From assembly GCA_951406725.2 (NCBI GenBank), contig OX597840.1:33170001-33234000 (forward strand): a stretch of 64,000 nt of DNA, written 5' to 3'. Under the pieces are notes generated by a model. That model was not told the DNA's origin, made no database searches, and was given only the letters and a program-made list of their open reading frames with translations. Every line of letters starts with the position of its first letter. Position 1 is the stretch's first letter. The position numbers were made by a program, and so were the translations under genes. Origin of the DNA: Octopus vulgaris. Its lineage: Eukaryota. Positions 52,789 to 64,000 of the stretch are shown here, piece after piece.

Positions 52789-53121
52789 AATCTAATGAAC
52801 ACAGATGCGTATCGACCTTTGGACACCCACCACCTCACCCCACCCGAAAACACTATACATATAAATATCACTACACATATTCTATTTCTCTCAGAGCACC
52901 AACCTTTAAGATACACACATTTCCTATAAACTCTTTTCCAGAAAATTTTTGCCGACTTGCAAAACCCCAGATTTGGTGTTTTTGGTATCTAGGGATATAA
53001 CTCTTAACTGAACCCTTTCTCTATTCGTTTCATCGTCTCTCTCACAGCAACCACAAACCGGATGTATCTATCTGTTCATCCCCAACCATAGAGAGCATTC
53101 ACCATATTTCATTCCATAACT

Positions 53122-53211
53122 GCCGTCTCTGAAGATTGCTGGGTAACATGATCGGGCTGTTATCTAATACTCGGTTGAACCCTTAGTGCGAAACCGATTA
53201 GTAAGATCGGC
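53122..53211 (+). ncRNA. Type-I hammerhead motif with long stem II, downstream of the PLE RT fragment
   Basis: GCCGTCT CTGAAGA TTGCTGGGT..ACCCTTAGTGC GAAA CCGATTAG TA AGATCGGC. Confidence 0.68.
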
Positions 53212-53284
53212 TGCAATGGATATATAATACTATACACTTCAATTAATATAGATAGCTAAATAGATAGATAGATAGATACATACA

Positions 53285-53318
<34 letters not shown>

Positions 53319-53944
53319 CGTATATATTATATATATATTACGTTTATATATTTGTTGTGCAAGTATATATATAATATATATATATATAATATATATATTA
53401 TACATGTATATATATAATATATATATATATTATATATGTGTGTGTATGTGTGTGTGTGTGTGTGAGTGAGTGCTTGTTTGTGTCTGTGTATATGTGTGTG
53501 TGTGTGAGCATGTATTTGTGTTTGTTCCGTCACCACCACCACCGCCTGATGGTGTTGCTTGTTCACGTCTGCGTAACCTAGCAGTTCACTACAGAGACCG
53601 ATAAAACAATTACCAGACATGGAAGGAAAAAAACAACAAAAACAACGAAAGGGGTGATTTGTTCCATTAAACCTTTAAAATCTGTGTCGCAGAATGGTAA
53701 CTGTTTAATAACCTAATGACCTCAATATTTATCTGAATACCGAACACAAGAAAATTGATAATAATCTAAAGAATTAGTTGAAAATTCCAAGAATGTGGAA
53801 CACACAAACTGAATTCGAAGGCATATGATTCTCCTGTGAGAAAATTCTTCTGTAAGTGAAGACCACACAAAAAAAAATTACCAATATTTCACGTAAAAGC
53901 ATCTATAAAGAAATACGTCGATCTGTCTGTCAGTCTGTTAATAT

Positions 53945-54179
53945 ACCTATTTCTTTATTACCCACAAGGGGCTAAACACAGAGGGGAGAAACAAGGACAG
54001 ACAAACAGATTAAGTCGATTAGATCGATCCCAATGCGTAACTGGTACTTAATTTATCGACCCCGAAAGGATGAAAGGCAAAGTCGACCTCGGCGGAATTT
54101 GAACTCAGAACCTAACGGCGGACGAAATACTTGTAAGCATTTCGCCCGGTGTGCTAACGTTTCCGCCAGCTCGCCGCCT
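53945..54179 (-). mobile_element. SINE family B monomer
   Basis: Head plus a single unit. Confidence 0.88.
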
Positions 54180-54206
54180 ATATCTACGTATCAAGACGGC
54201 GAGTTT

Positions 54207-54285
<79 letters not shown>

Positions 54286-54287
54286 TC

Positions 54288-55340
54288 TTAATAGAAAGCG
54301 GAATGCCTCAGGGAACTGTATTGGGCCATTGCTGTTCATGGTGGCTCTTTCAGACATGCCATCAGTTACACAGACAGCCACACTTGCTAGTTATGTCAAC
54401 GACACAAAAGTAGCACAAGCTGTCACGGAACCTTCTGATGCTAATCTTCTACAGAAAGACCTTGATACCATATATAAATGGACTGAGGACAACAACACGC
54501 AATCTGATGCAGGCAAATTCCAAGCCCTCCACTACCAGTTAATTGGTGCTCAGAAGTCACAACGATACTGTGGACCAAAAGGAGTGAAAATCCTAGAATC
54601 AGAAACGGTGCGTGATCTTGGGATTGATATAAGCAACGATGTTTCGTTTCACATGCAAGTCACCAAGATGGTGGCAGTGTGCAGGCGAATGGCCGGATGG
54701 ATTCTGAAAACCTTCAGAACAAGGGACCAGGAAACTATGCTGGTCCTATGGAGGACATTAGGTTTCGATGCAAATCAGCTGTTACGTAGCCCAGTGCACT
54801 TTTGATGATAGGAACGAATGAAAACCTACAGCCAGAGATGTAGGTCCTCAGAGACCTATAGCCAGAAATGTAGGTCCTTTTGAGGACCTAGCCAGAGATG
54901 TAGGTTCTAAGAGATCTATTGCCAAAGATCTAGGTCCTCAGAGATCTATAGCCAGAGATGTAGGTTCTCCGAGATCTACAATCAGAGCTGTAAGATCTCA
55001 GAGATCTATAGCCGTCCGGCCTACTGCTCGCAAGGGTGGTCACCCTACACTGTAGGATTAATAGCAGAACTTGAGGCGATTCAGCGATACTACACGAAAA
55101 AGATTGCATCAATGGAACATCTGAGCTTCTGGGAGAGACTGAAAGAGCTACGACTCTGCTCTCTGGAGCGAAGACGGGACAGGTATGCAATTATATATGT
55201 GTGAAAGATACTAGAGGGGCTGGCACCAAACTTTGGTATTGAGAGTTTATACCAGACCTCGAATTGGACGTCACTGCCGTATTCTTCTCCAGAGAATTTG
55301 TCAGAGGCTCTTTGAGAAATTTTGCAAGGAAAAAGAAACA
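54288..55340 (+). mobile_element. CR1-like LINE RT fragment (dead), interrupted at ~54760-55035
   Basis: SGMPQGTVLGPLLF, YVNDTK (degenerate YADDTK), LQKDL, VRDLGI; resumes WSPY..LEAIQR..ERLKELRLCSLERRR. Confidence 0.9.
54825..55013. repeat. ~30-bp minisatellite, about 6 copies (CTATAGCCAGAGATGTAGGTCCTCAGAGAC-like)
   Basis: Direct inspection; 15-bp sub-periodicity. Confidence 0.88.
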
Positions 55341-55446
55341 AGACTAGTTTTGCAACAGTCATTATATTTTTTAATTAACAAATAGGCGCAGGAGTGGCTG
55401 TGTGGTAAGTAGCTTGCTTACCAACCACGTCGATCACATGATCACG

Positions 55447-55501
<55 letters not shown>

Positions 55502-55623
55502 GGAGTAAACACATAAATGTGAAACAAGGTGGAAAAAAGAGTACTCAAATACCAGTGGTAGAGTAATATGCTTTATTCAAAGTAGCAGAAAATTCAGCAA
55601 AACCTGTTACTCTGAGTTTCCCG

Positions 55624-55667
<44 letters not shown>

Positions 55668-55769
55668 ATAAAAGTGGTACGACAACAAAAGAATGAAAGA
55701 GACCTCAATTTTATGTAAATAGAGGAATTTATCTGTAAATGTAATATGTGACAATTATTCGGTAGCCAT

Positions 55770-55830
55770 GATAAAACTCCCAGTTTTGGATGTCGGGGTG
55801 GAAACTCACGCCGCCATCTTTTCAGTTATC
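55770..55830 (-). ncRNA. Decayed hammerhead motif (core mutated)
   Basis: Minus strand: GATAA CTGAAAA GATGGCGGCGTG-AGTTTC-CACCCCGACATC C AAAA CTGGGAG TT TTATC; element terminus also at 39305-39385. Confidence 0.5.
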
Positions 55831-56666
55831 CGGCCATCGGAAAAAATGCTATGAAAATGACCGTTATACAAAGGGAAATTACTGTGTGATTGACCGTTAT
55901 TAAGACAAAAGAGCTATTTGAATGACCGCAAAGTGAGTAAAGTTAAGGAGGTAAAAAAGTTCATAGTATTCGCGTAAGCGTGCATGTCCATACCTACACA
56001 TGCGCGCCCGCACACCACGTACAGGCACCTATAAGTATATGCTCATCCACCCTTACATGAAACACACACATGCTCACCCACACATTCACCAAAAAATCTA
56101 TACATACCCGCATACACGCTCGCAAACAAAAATAGGATAACATCTTTATAAGAATTTATCAAGTAGTTAGTGTGAAAAATCTCATAAGGGAAAAATTTAT
56201 TAATTATTCCCTTTAAATATATATATATTCATATTAAGGGTATTACTATACATAAATGCCTCACGCTAGAAGGGACTCTTAAAGTCAAAGCTACCATAAC
56301 ATTTATTATGGTAGTTTTGGCATATATACATATGTCTTGGTATTATTATTATTACTAATTTTATTGTGTTTTGTATTTATATTCGTGTAACATCGTCTAT
56401 TTTTTCGACCTTGTTTTCGTATACATTCGATGCTTTCTTCCAAGGAATCTAATGCTCTTAGCTTAGTTTTTCCTTGGAGCTGGCCAGATTGGAGCAATCT
56501 CAAGATTAATTAGCCGAAATTGCAAGGATGATCCAGTTCTTGACTGAGGATAGAAAGCTTCGAATGACCCGTCCTTGTTTTCTTTGTATCGTCTATCTGG
56601 ATGTTTTGTTGTCCCTTTTTGTATCATCTAGCTCTCCGGATGTTTTGCGTTCTTGTCCCATTTTGC

Positions 56667-56733
<67 letters not shown>

Positions 56734-57294
56734 GGATATATATATATACATATATATATACATACATATATATATATATAAATATATATCATATATATAA
56801 TATATATATATAGTTATTTGTTTATATGTGTGTATGTATGTATGTATGTATGTATGTATGTATGTATGTATGTATGTATGTATGCATGTATGTATATCTG
56901 CTTGTGTATATATGCACGTACGTGAGTTTCTGTGTGTCTGCTTTTACGTGTGTACATATATATTACACAGCATCACCCCTTCAGGTTTATCCACCCTCTA
57001 ACAAACCACTCGCTCACTCGCCACCCGTATATAATTAACACCCAGATATTCATCCCAGTCGGTGAGTAAAGGTTAGATGTGGTAGAGGAAGTGTTCCTTC
57101 GCTGCAAATGTGTGACGCGCGTATCTAAATATATACACATCCGAGGTGAGTGTGAGTGTGTCTGTGTGAGTGTGTGTGTGTGTGTGTGTGTGAGTGTATG
57201 TGTGTGTGTATCTGCTCATTTGTATTTTTGTATATATGTGTCAGTGCGTGTAATATATACATATATATATACACACACACACATTCACGCATAT

Positions 57295-57329
<35 letters not shown>

Positions 57330-57331
57330 CT

Positions 57332-57421
<90 letters not shown>

Positions 57422-57427
57422 TATACG

Positions 57428-57540
<113 letters not shown>

Positions 57541-58039
57541 TTTATATATGTATGTATGTATATATATATATAAGCCAGCACAGTACTACTAATACTATTT
57601 TTACTACCACCATCACCATCACCACTACTACTACTGCTACTACTACTGCTACTACTACTACCATGTAGGTAAGAAGCTTCGTCTCCGTTCCTAAATGCCA
57701 ACTCGATTACTCTTGTCTGCTTCTGTCGTCTCTACAAACGTTGCCCATCGGCAGCGTAGCGTGCGTACACCGACATCTTTCCCCATATCTCTCTCTCTCC
57801 ACTATCTTAACATATTTACCCCATTCTTCTATTATCAACGATTCTATTCATCTGTTCTGGCATTCTTTTATCTGTTTCAGTCATTTGACTACGGCCATGC
57901 TGGGGTACCGCGTTGAAGGACTTTTGTCGAACGAAACGACCTCGAGGACTTGCTTCTTTCTTTCTTTCTTTCTTCCTTTCATTTCATTTTTTAAAAATTT
58001 CTTCATTCATTTATGTATGTATGTATGTATGTATGTATG

Positions 58040-58102
<63 letters not shown>

Positions 58103-58134
58103 TTTATTCAAAGCAGCAGAAAATTCAACAAAAC

Positions 58135-58172
58135 CTGTTACTCTGAGTTTCCCGTTGCCGTTCATCGGACAG
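58135..58172 (-). ncRNA. Minimal type-I hammerhead motif (45.8-kb family)
   Basis: Minus strand: CTGT CCGATGA ACGGCAACGG GAAA CTCAGAG TA ACAG. Confidence 0.72.
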
Positions 58173-58201
58173 TTTTTGTTTCACATTTATGTGTTTACTC
58201 C

Positions 58202-58271
<70 letters not shown>

Positions 58272-58398
58272 TACCAAATTTTAAAACAAATGACTAGAGT
58301 ATATTTGTTCGGCTAGAATTCTTCAAGGCGGTGCCTGAACTCGGCTGGAATCCAATCACTGAAGCACGTGGAAAATAAGATACATACATACATAGATT

Positions 58399-58435
<37 letters not shown>

Positions 58436-58730
58436 ATTTAGGATTAGATAAAAAGAACACAACAAACAGAAAATTTGACAAATACACGACACACGGAAAG
58501 TAAATTCACAAATGAACGGAAAACAGACACAGAAGGTCAAATTGTAAAACATAGTAAATGCACAGGCGGACGGAAAAAACTAACACAAACGCAATTTCGT
58601 GCTATTATCGATAATATTGATTCCATTCTGGAGGCATCGGCAAGAAACTTGTCAGGAATGGGACCAACACTGACAAACGATAAATGGATGAACAAGCAAT
58701 ACAGAAATGTTTGTATGAAAGTGGAATAAA

Positions 58731-58777
<47 letters not shown>

Positions 58778-59239
58778 CATACATACATACATACATACAT
58801 ACATACATACATACATACATACATACATACACATATACATACATATATATATATACACACACATATATATATTTACGTATATATACGCACATATATATTT
58901 TGTCGTTTACTTGATTCGGTCCTTAGACAGCTGCCATGCTGGAGCAGCTCCCTGAAGCATTTTAGTTAAGTGAATCGATTCCAGTACATAGTTTGTTTCT
59001 TTTTTTAAGATTGTATGTAACTGATTCCATCGGTATGTTTGGCCTCACCGCTAGAATATGGGGACGTAAACGCAACAACACCGGTTGTCAAGCGGTGAGC
59101 TTATCAAGTGGTGGGGAGTACAAACACAAACACAGATACACACATATACACAAATACAAATATATATATAAATGTCGGGCTTCTTTCAGTTTCCGTCTAC
59201 CAAATCCACTCACAAGTCTACGAAATCCACTTCTCCAAG

Positions 59240-59879
59240 GTATGTACGTATGTGTATGTGTATGTATGTATGTATGTATGTATGTATGTATGTATGTATG
59301 TATGTATGCATGTATGTATGTACGTATGTATGTGTGTGTATGTTTGTATGTATGTATGTATGTATGTATGTGTGTACGCATGTGTGTATGTATGTATGTA
59401 TTACGTTTGTATGTGTGTGTGTATGTATGTATGTATGTACGTTTGTATGTGTGTGTGTGTATGTACGTATTTATGTATGTGTATGTAAGTATATATGTAT
59501 GTATGTAAGTATGTATGTACGTATGTATGTGTGTATGTATGTATGCATGCATGTATGCATGTATGCATGTATGTATGTTTGTATGTGTGTGTATGTATGT
59601 ATGTATATATATATATGTATGTACGTATGTATGTATGTATGTATGTATTTGTGTATGATCAAGGCTGTGCAAGCGAATTCGTTGCGTATATCTAAGTGCG
59701 TATATTGTTATACAGGTTCATGTATGTATGTTTATATATATATATACTGTTACGGATGTTTAAGTGCGTATATTTTTGTATGGATATACTGGGTGTGTTC
59801 TCATGTTTTTATATTAGAAATAACTTCACATAACATAAACAAATTAATTCGGCCTCGTACTATATACACTCAGGCACAT

Positions 59880-59915
<36 letters not shown>

Positions 59916-60180
59916 GTATATATACATGCAAGCAAGCGCGCACTCAAAGGGAGAGCTGATCGTTTTTGCCCTCCCTAAATATGCTGGACATGAGCCAGTG
60001 ATAAAGAAACATTATTTATGTTGAACTTGAGAGAAAGAAATTACTCTTCCTGCCATGTAATATGTATGTATGTGTGTATGCATGTGTGTATGTACGTACG
60101 TTTGTATGTATGTATGTATGTATGTATGTATGTATGTATGTATGTATGTATGTATGTATGTATGTATGCATGTATGTATG

Positions 60181-60211
<31 letters not shown>

Positions 60212-60680
60212 GTATGTATGTATGTATGTATGTATGTATGTATGTATGTATGTATGTATGTATGTATGTATGTATGTATGTATGTACGTATGTATGTATG
60301 TACGTATGTATGTATGTGTGTATGTATGTATGTATGTATGTATGTATGTATGTATGTATGTATGTATGTATGTATGTATGTATGTATGTATGTATGTATG
60401 TATGCATGCATGCATGCATGAGTATATGTGTGTATGCATGCATGTATGTATGTATGTATGTATGTATGTATGTATGTATGTATGCATGCATGTACGTATG
60501 TACGTATGTATGTATGTATGTATTTATGTGTGTATGTATGTATGTATGTACGTATGTATGTATGTATGTATGTATGTATGTATGTATGTATGTGTGTATG
60601 TATGTATGTATGTATGTATGTATGTATGTGTGTGTATGTATGTATGTATGTGTGTGTATGTATGTATGTATGTATGTATC
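59240..60680. repeat. Two (TATG)n tracts (59240-59655, 60060-60680)
   Basis: Direct inspection. Confidence 0.96.
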
Positions 60681-60687
60681 TATGTTA

Positions 60688-61240
60688 TGTCAGGTCACTT
60701 TCGAGTGCTACTGGTAACATGTAACCCAGTACAAACTATTGCATGGTCGGGTCGTCGGTGACTAAACCGGCAACCCACCAAGCTTGCTTGGTGAGGAGGG
60801 TGTTTATTGGACACCCTGCGGGATGAAAAGCAAAACCCGTCAAAGGGCGGAGGAACTCTTGAGAGTCAACGGCCATCCAATAAATGCCTTAAGGATGTAT
60901 CATGCGCGGGGACATAGAAATAATCGGACTGAATACCCGATCGCGCTGTTAAACCATTGGGAGTGAAGGACTCCTAGCCTTTGTTAGAGCATCCTTCCAG
61001 GAGAAGGTAATTCAGGTAACTGGGATAACTCCGACATAAAACCTGCGGCTCAGTGGTTACCGATGATGTTGACTTGTTCTTCTTTTCGGATTATGGTTGC
61101 TGTTGCTTAGTGAGTGGGATTGACTCAGTGCACAGCCTTTCCTCACTTTAAAAAAGTTTTCTTGCACAGGCATTGCACGATAACAACATTGATTAAGCTT
61201 CGTGCAATGGCCATACTCGATAACGAGGGGGCAGCCACCA
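60688..61240 (+). mobile_element. Probable RTE-type LINE 5' UTR or derived non-autonomous element in (TATG)n
   Basis: GC-richer, structured, non-coding; GCATCCTTCCAGGAGAAGG..AAAACC resembles an RTE 5'-UTR motif as I recall it. Confidence 0.45.
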
Positions 61241-61959
61241 TGTATGTATGTATATTGGTATGTATGTATGGATGGAGATATGTATGTGTGTGTATGCATA
61301 TATGTATGTGTGTATGCATGCATGTTTGTGTGTATGTATGTGTGTATATATATGTATGTATATTTGTATGTATGTATGCATGCATGTATGTATGTATGTA
61401 TGTATGTATGTATGGATGGATGGATGGATGGATGGATGGATGGATGGATGGATGGATGAATGAATGGATGAATGAATGGATGGATATATGTATGTATATT
61501 ATATGCACCGCCTTAAAGTGTTTTAGTCGAAGAAATTTACTCAAGGACTTATTTCTGTTTAAGCCTAGTATTTATTATATCGGGTCTTTTGCCGAACCGC
61601 TACGTTATGTGCACGCGTGTCTGCGGAATACTCAACCACATGCACGTTAATTTCACGAACAGGCTGTTCCGTTGATTGGACCATCTGGAACCTTCGTCAT
61701 TGTAACCGACGGAGAAACAGTTTTTCTTCTCTATCATCATAATCATCATCAACACCATCATCATATTCACCATCATCATCATCATCTCTGGTATTATTTC
61801 TGCTACTACAACCAACACTGGCAACAACACGTTCACGTCCACCATCCATACCATTACCACCGCCTATACATCTACTACAGCTGTCACCACTAAAAGCTTA
61901 GTCAAGGTCCTTACCCCCAAGTGTTCTCATACAGACAACACCACTGACAGAATATCTAT

Positions 61960-62050
61960 CGCTACCATCAATATTTTATTGCTTACCATTGCTACCATCG
62001 CAACCATTGCTGACACCAACGCCACCACCACCACTAACGCCATCTCCGCT

Positions 62051-62082
<32 letters not shown>

Positions 62083-63120
62083 TATCATCTCCAACATCAT
62101 ATTCTTCCACCAGCTAGCACCACCACCATCACCATCATCCTCACCACCATCACCACCACCATCATCACCATCCTCATCACCATCAACACTACCACCACCA
62201 CTAGCACCACGACAACCATCACCACCACCACCACCACCACCACCACCACCACCACAACAACAACAACAACAACAAGACTACCACTACCACTACCACGACC
62301 ACCATCACCATTACCACCACCACCACCACCACCACTATCACCACCACCACCACCACGACTACCACCACTATCACTACCACCACCACGACTACCACCACCA
62401 CCACTACCACCACCTCTTTCCACCATCGTCACCACCAACGCTACCAGTATCTACAACCGCCACCATTTCCACCATCGGCGCTCCACCGCTTACCATGAGC
62501 AGCAGCACTAACACTATTGGCAGCACCATCACTGCCACAACGACGGCCATGACCACCACTACCGACACCCTGTACCATCACCATCACCACCACCACCCCA
62601 CCACCATCTATAGTCACCATCTCACCACCATCTCTACAAACAGCTTCCCCACCGCCAACACCACCATCCGTTTACTCTCCACCAACATCACCCCGTCACC
62701 ACCACCACCACCACCACCACCACCACCACCACAATCATCTTCTCCGCCACCACTTCTCTAAACACCGCACCACCACCACCACCACCACCACGACTACCAC
62801 CACCATTACCATCACCACCACAACGACTACCACCACCATCATCACCACCACCACCATCACCACCACCATCATCACCACCACCACCATCATCACCACCACC
62901 GCCACGACTACCACCACCATCACCACCACCACCACCATACATGCTATAGTCACCATCTCACCACCATCTCTAGAAACAGCTTCCCCACCGCCAACACCAC
63001 CATCCGTTTACTCTCCACCAACATCACCCCGTCACCACCACCACCACCACAACCATCTTCCCCGCCACCACTTCTGTAAACACCACACAACCACCAACAC
63101 CAACACCACCGCCACCACCT
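61960..63120. repeat. (CAC/CAT/CAA)n low-complexity tract with an internal ~170-bp duplication (62608 and 62944)
   Basis: CTATAGTCACCATCTCACCACCATCTCTA..CAGCTTCCCCACCGCC occurs twice, 336 bp apart. Confidence 0.9.
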
Positions 63121-63345
63121 CGCTTTCCCATGACACTTCTTTTGGCCAACAAAATTATGAAAATAAAATTCCAACTGCGTATTTGATAAATTATTTATTT
63201 TTGCCGTATTTTTTCTAACTTACTAATTGGTTGTGTGTGTATACAAAATACCATATATAAATATAAATACATACGTGTGTACGTGAGTATACACACACAC
63301 ACGTATGTTTATATACAGATGTTTATATATAGATGTGCATATACA

Positions 63346-63388
<43 letters not shown>

Positions 63389-63441
63389 ACATACACATAT
63401 GTTTATATACAGATGTGAATGTATTTGCATAGGAATGTGTT

Positions 63442-63515
<74 letters not shown>

Positions 63516-63582
63516 ACCTCGTGAGCACCGCCAGCAAATTTTTTCCTCTGTCTTCCCTTCTCGGGATCTTTCCTTCTCCTTT

Positions 63583-63617
63583 GTTTCCGACGAAGAGCTC
63601 CGCTCGAAACGTTAAGC
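63583..63617 (+). ncRNA. Ultra-minimal PLE-type hammerhead motif
   Basis: GTTT CCGACGA AGAGCTCCGCTC GAAA CG TT AAGC; lies in element 63514-63730, whose 3' end recurs at 45205-45298. Confidence 0.65.
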
Positions 63618-63723
63618 CCTTCTTTCTTTCTTTCCTGAGCGTCCAATAATACTTTATTTGTTCCACGTCCTCGCGTTGCTGTGTTTTCTCTTTGTTTTTT
63701 TTTGTGTGTTTTCTTGTTTGGAT

Positions 63724-63838
<115 letters not shown>

Positions 63839-64000
63839 ATGTATGTATGAATGTAAGCTTATGTGTGTGTGTGTGTGTATAGAGAGGGGAGAGAGAGAAA
63901 GAGAGACATAGACAGAAGACAGAGAGACAAACAGACATAGAAAAACGGGCAAACTGACAGATTGATAGATAGATACATACATACATACATACATAGATGC

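Noticed and set aside
57020-57070. TATA-like box about 30 bp before a GTGAGT donor
   Set aside because: Both motifs are common in this AT-rich sequence; no independent evidence
58475-58729. 84-aa non-repetitive ORF and a possible HHR remnant (GAAACTTGTCAGGAATGG) near 58655
   Set aside because: TTG start and no recognisable homology; the HHR core CTGANGA is absent
61979-62761. 260-aa His/Pro/Thr-rich ORF
   Set aside because: CAC/CAT low-complexity tract, no ATG start, no recognisable domain; frame drifts among H, P and T runs

Overview
This is an AT-rich, repeat-saturated eukaryotic window. The repeat repertoire (tRNA-headed and CORE SINEs, very dense TA/TATG/AAT/TATC microsatellites) looks like an octopus or other coleoid cephalopod genome; that assignment is inference. 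I cannot support any intact host protein-coding gene. Almost every ORF in the supplied track is a translated microsatellite. The window holds at least five SINE families and dead LINE fragments (CR1-like, RTE, R4/Dong). It also holds Penelope-like element (PLE) remnants, including a Naiad-type RT fragment, and DNA-transposon relics (Tc1/mariner MITEs, piggyBac MITE multimers, hAT, Chapaev3-like, Helitron), often nested. The most striking signal is about a dozen minimal type-I hammerhead ribozyme (HHR) motifs, read by eye. They belong to many unrelated short elements, mostly sit in (TA)n tracts, and often occur in inverted duplications. The best example is a TSD-flanked, 353-bp-period, non-coding retrozyme-like element at 29844-30444 with an intact HHR. 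A natural U3-A8 compensatory HHR core variant lies at 30799-30839. Coordinates were read manually and may be off by a few bases.
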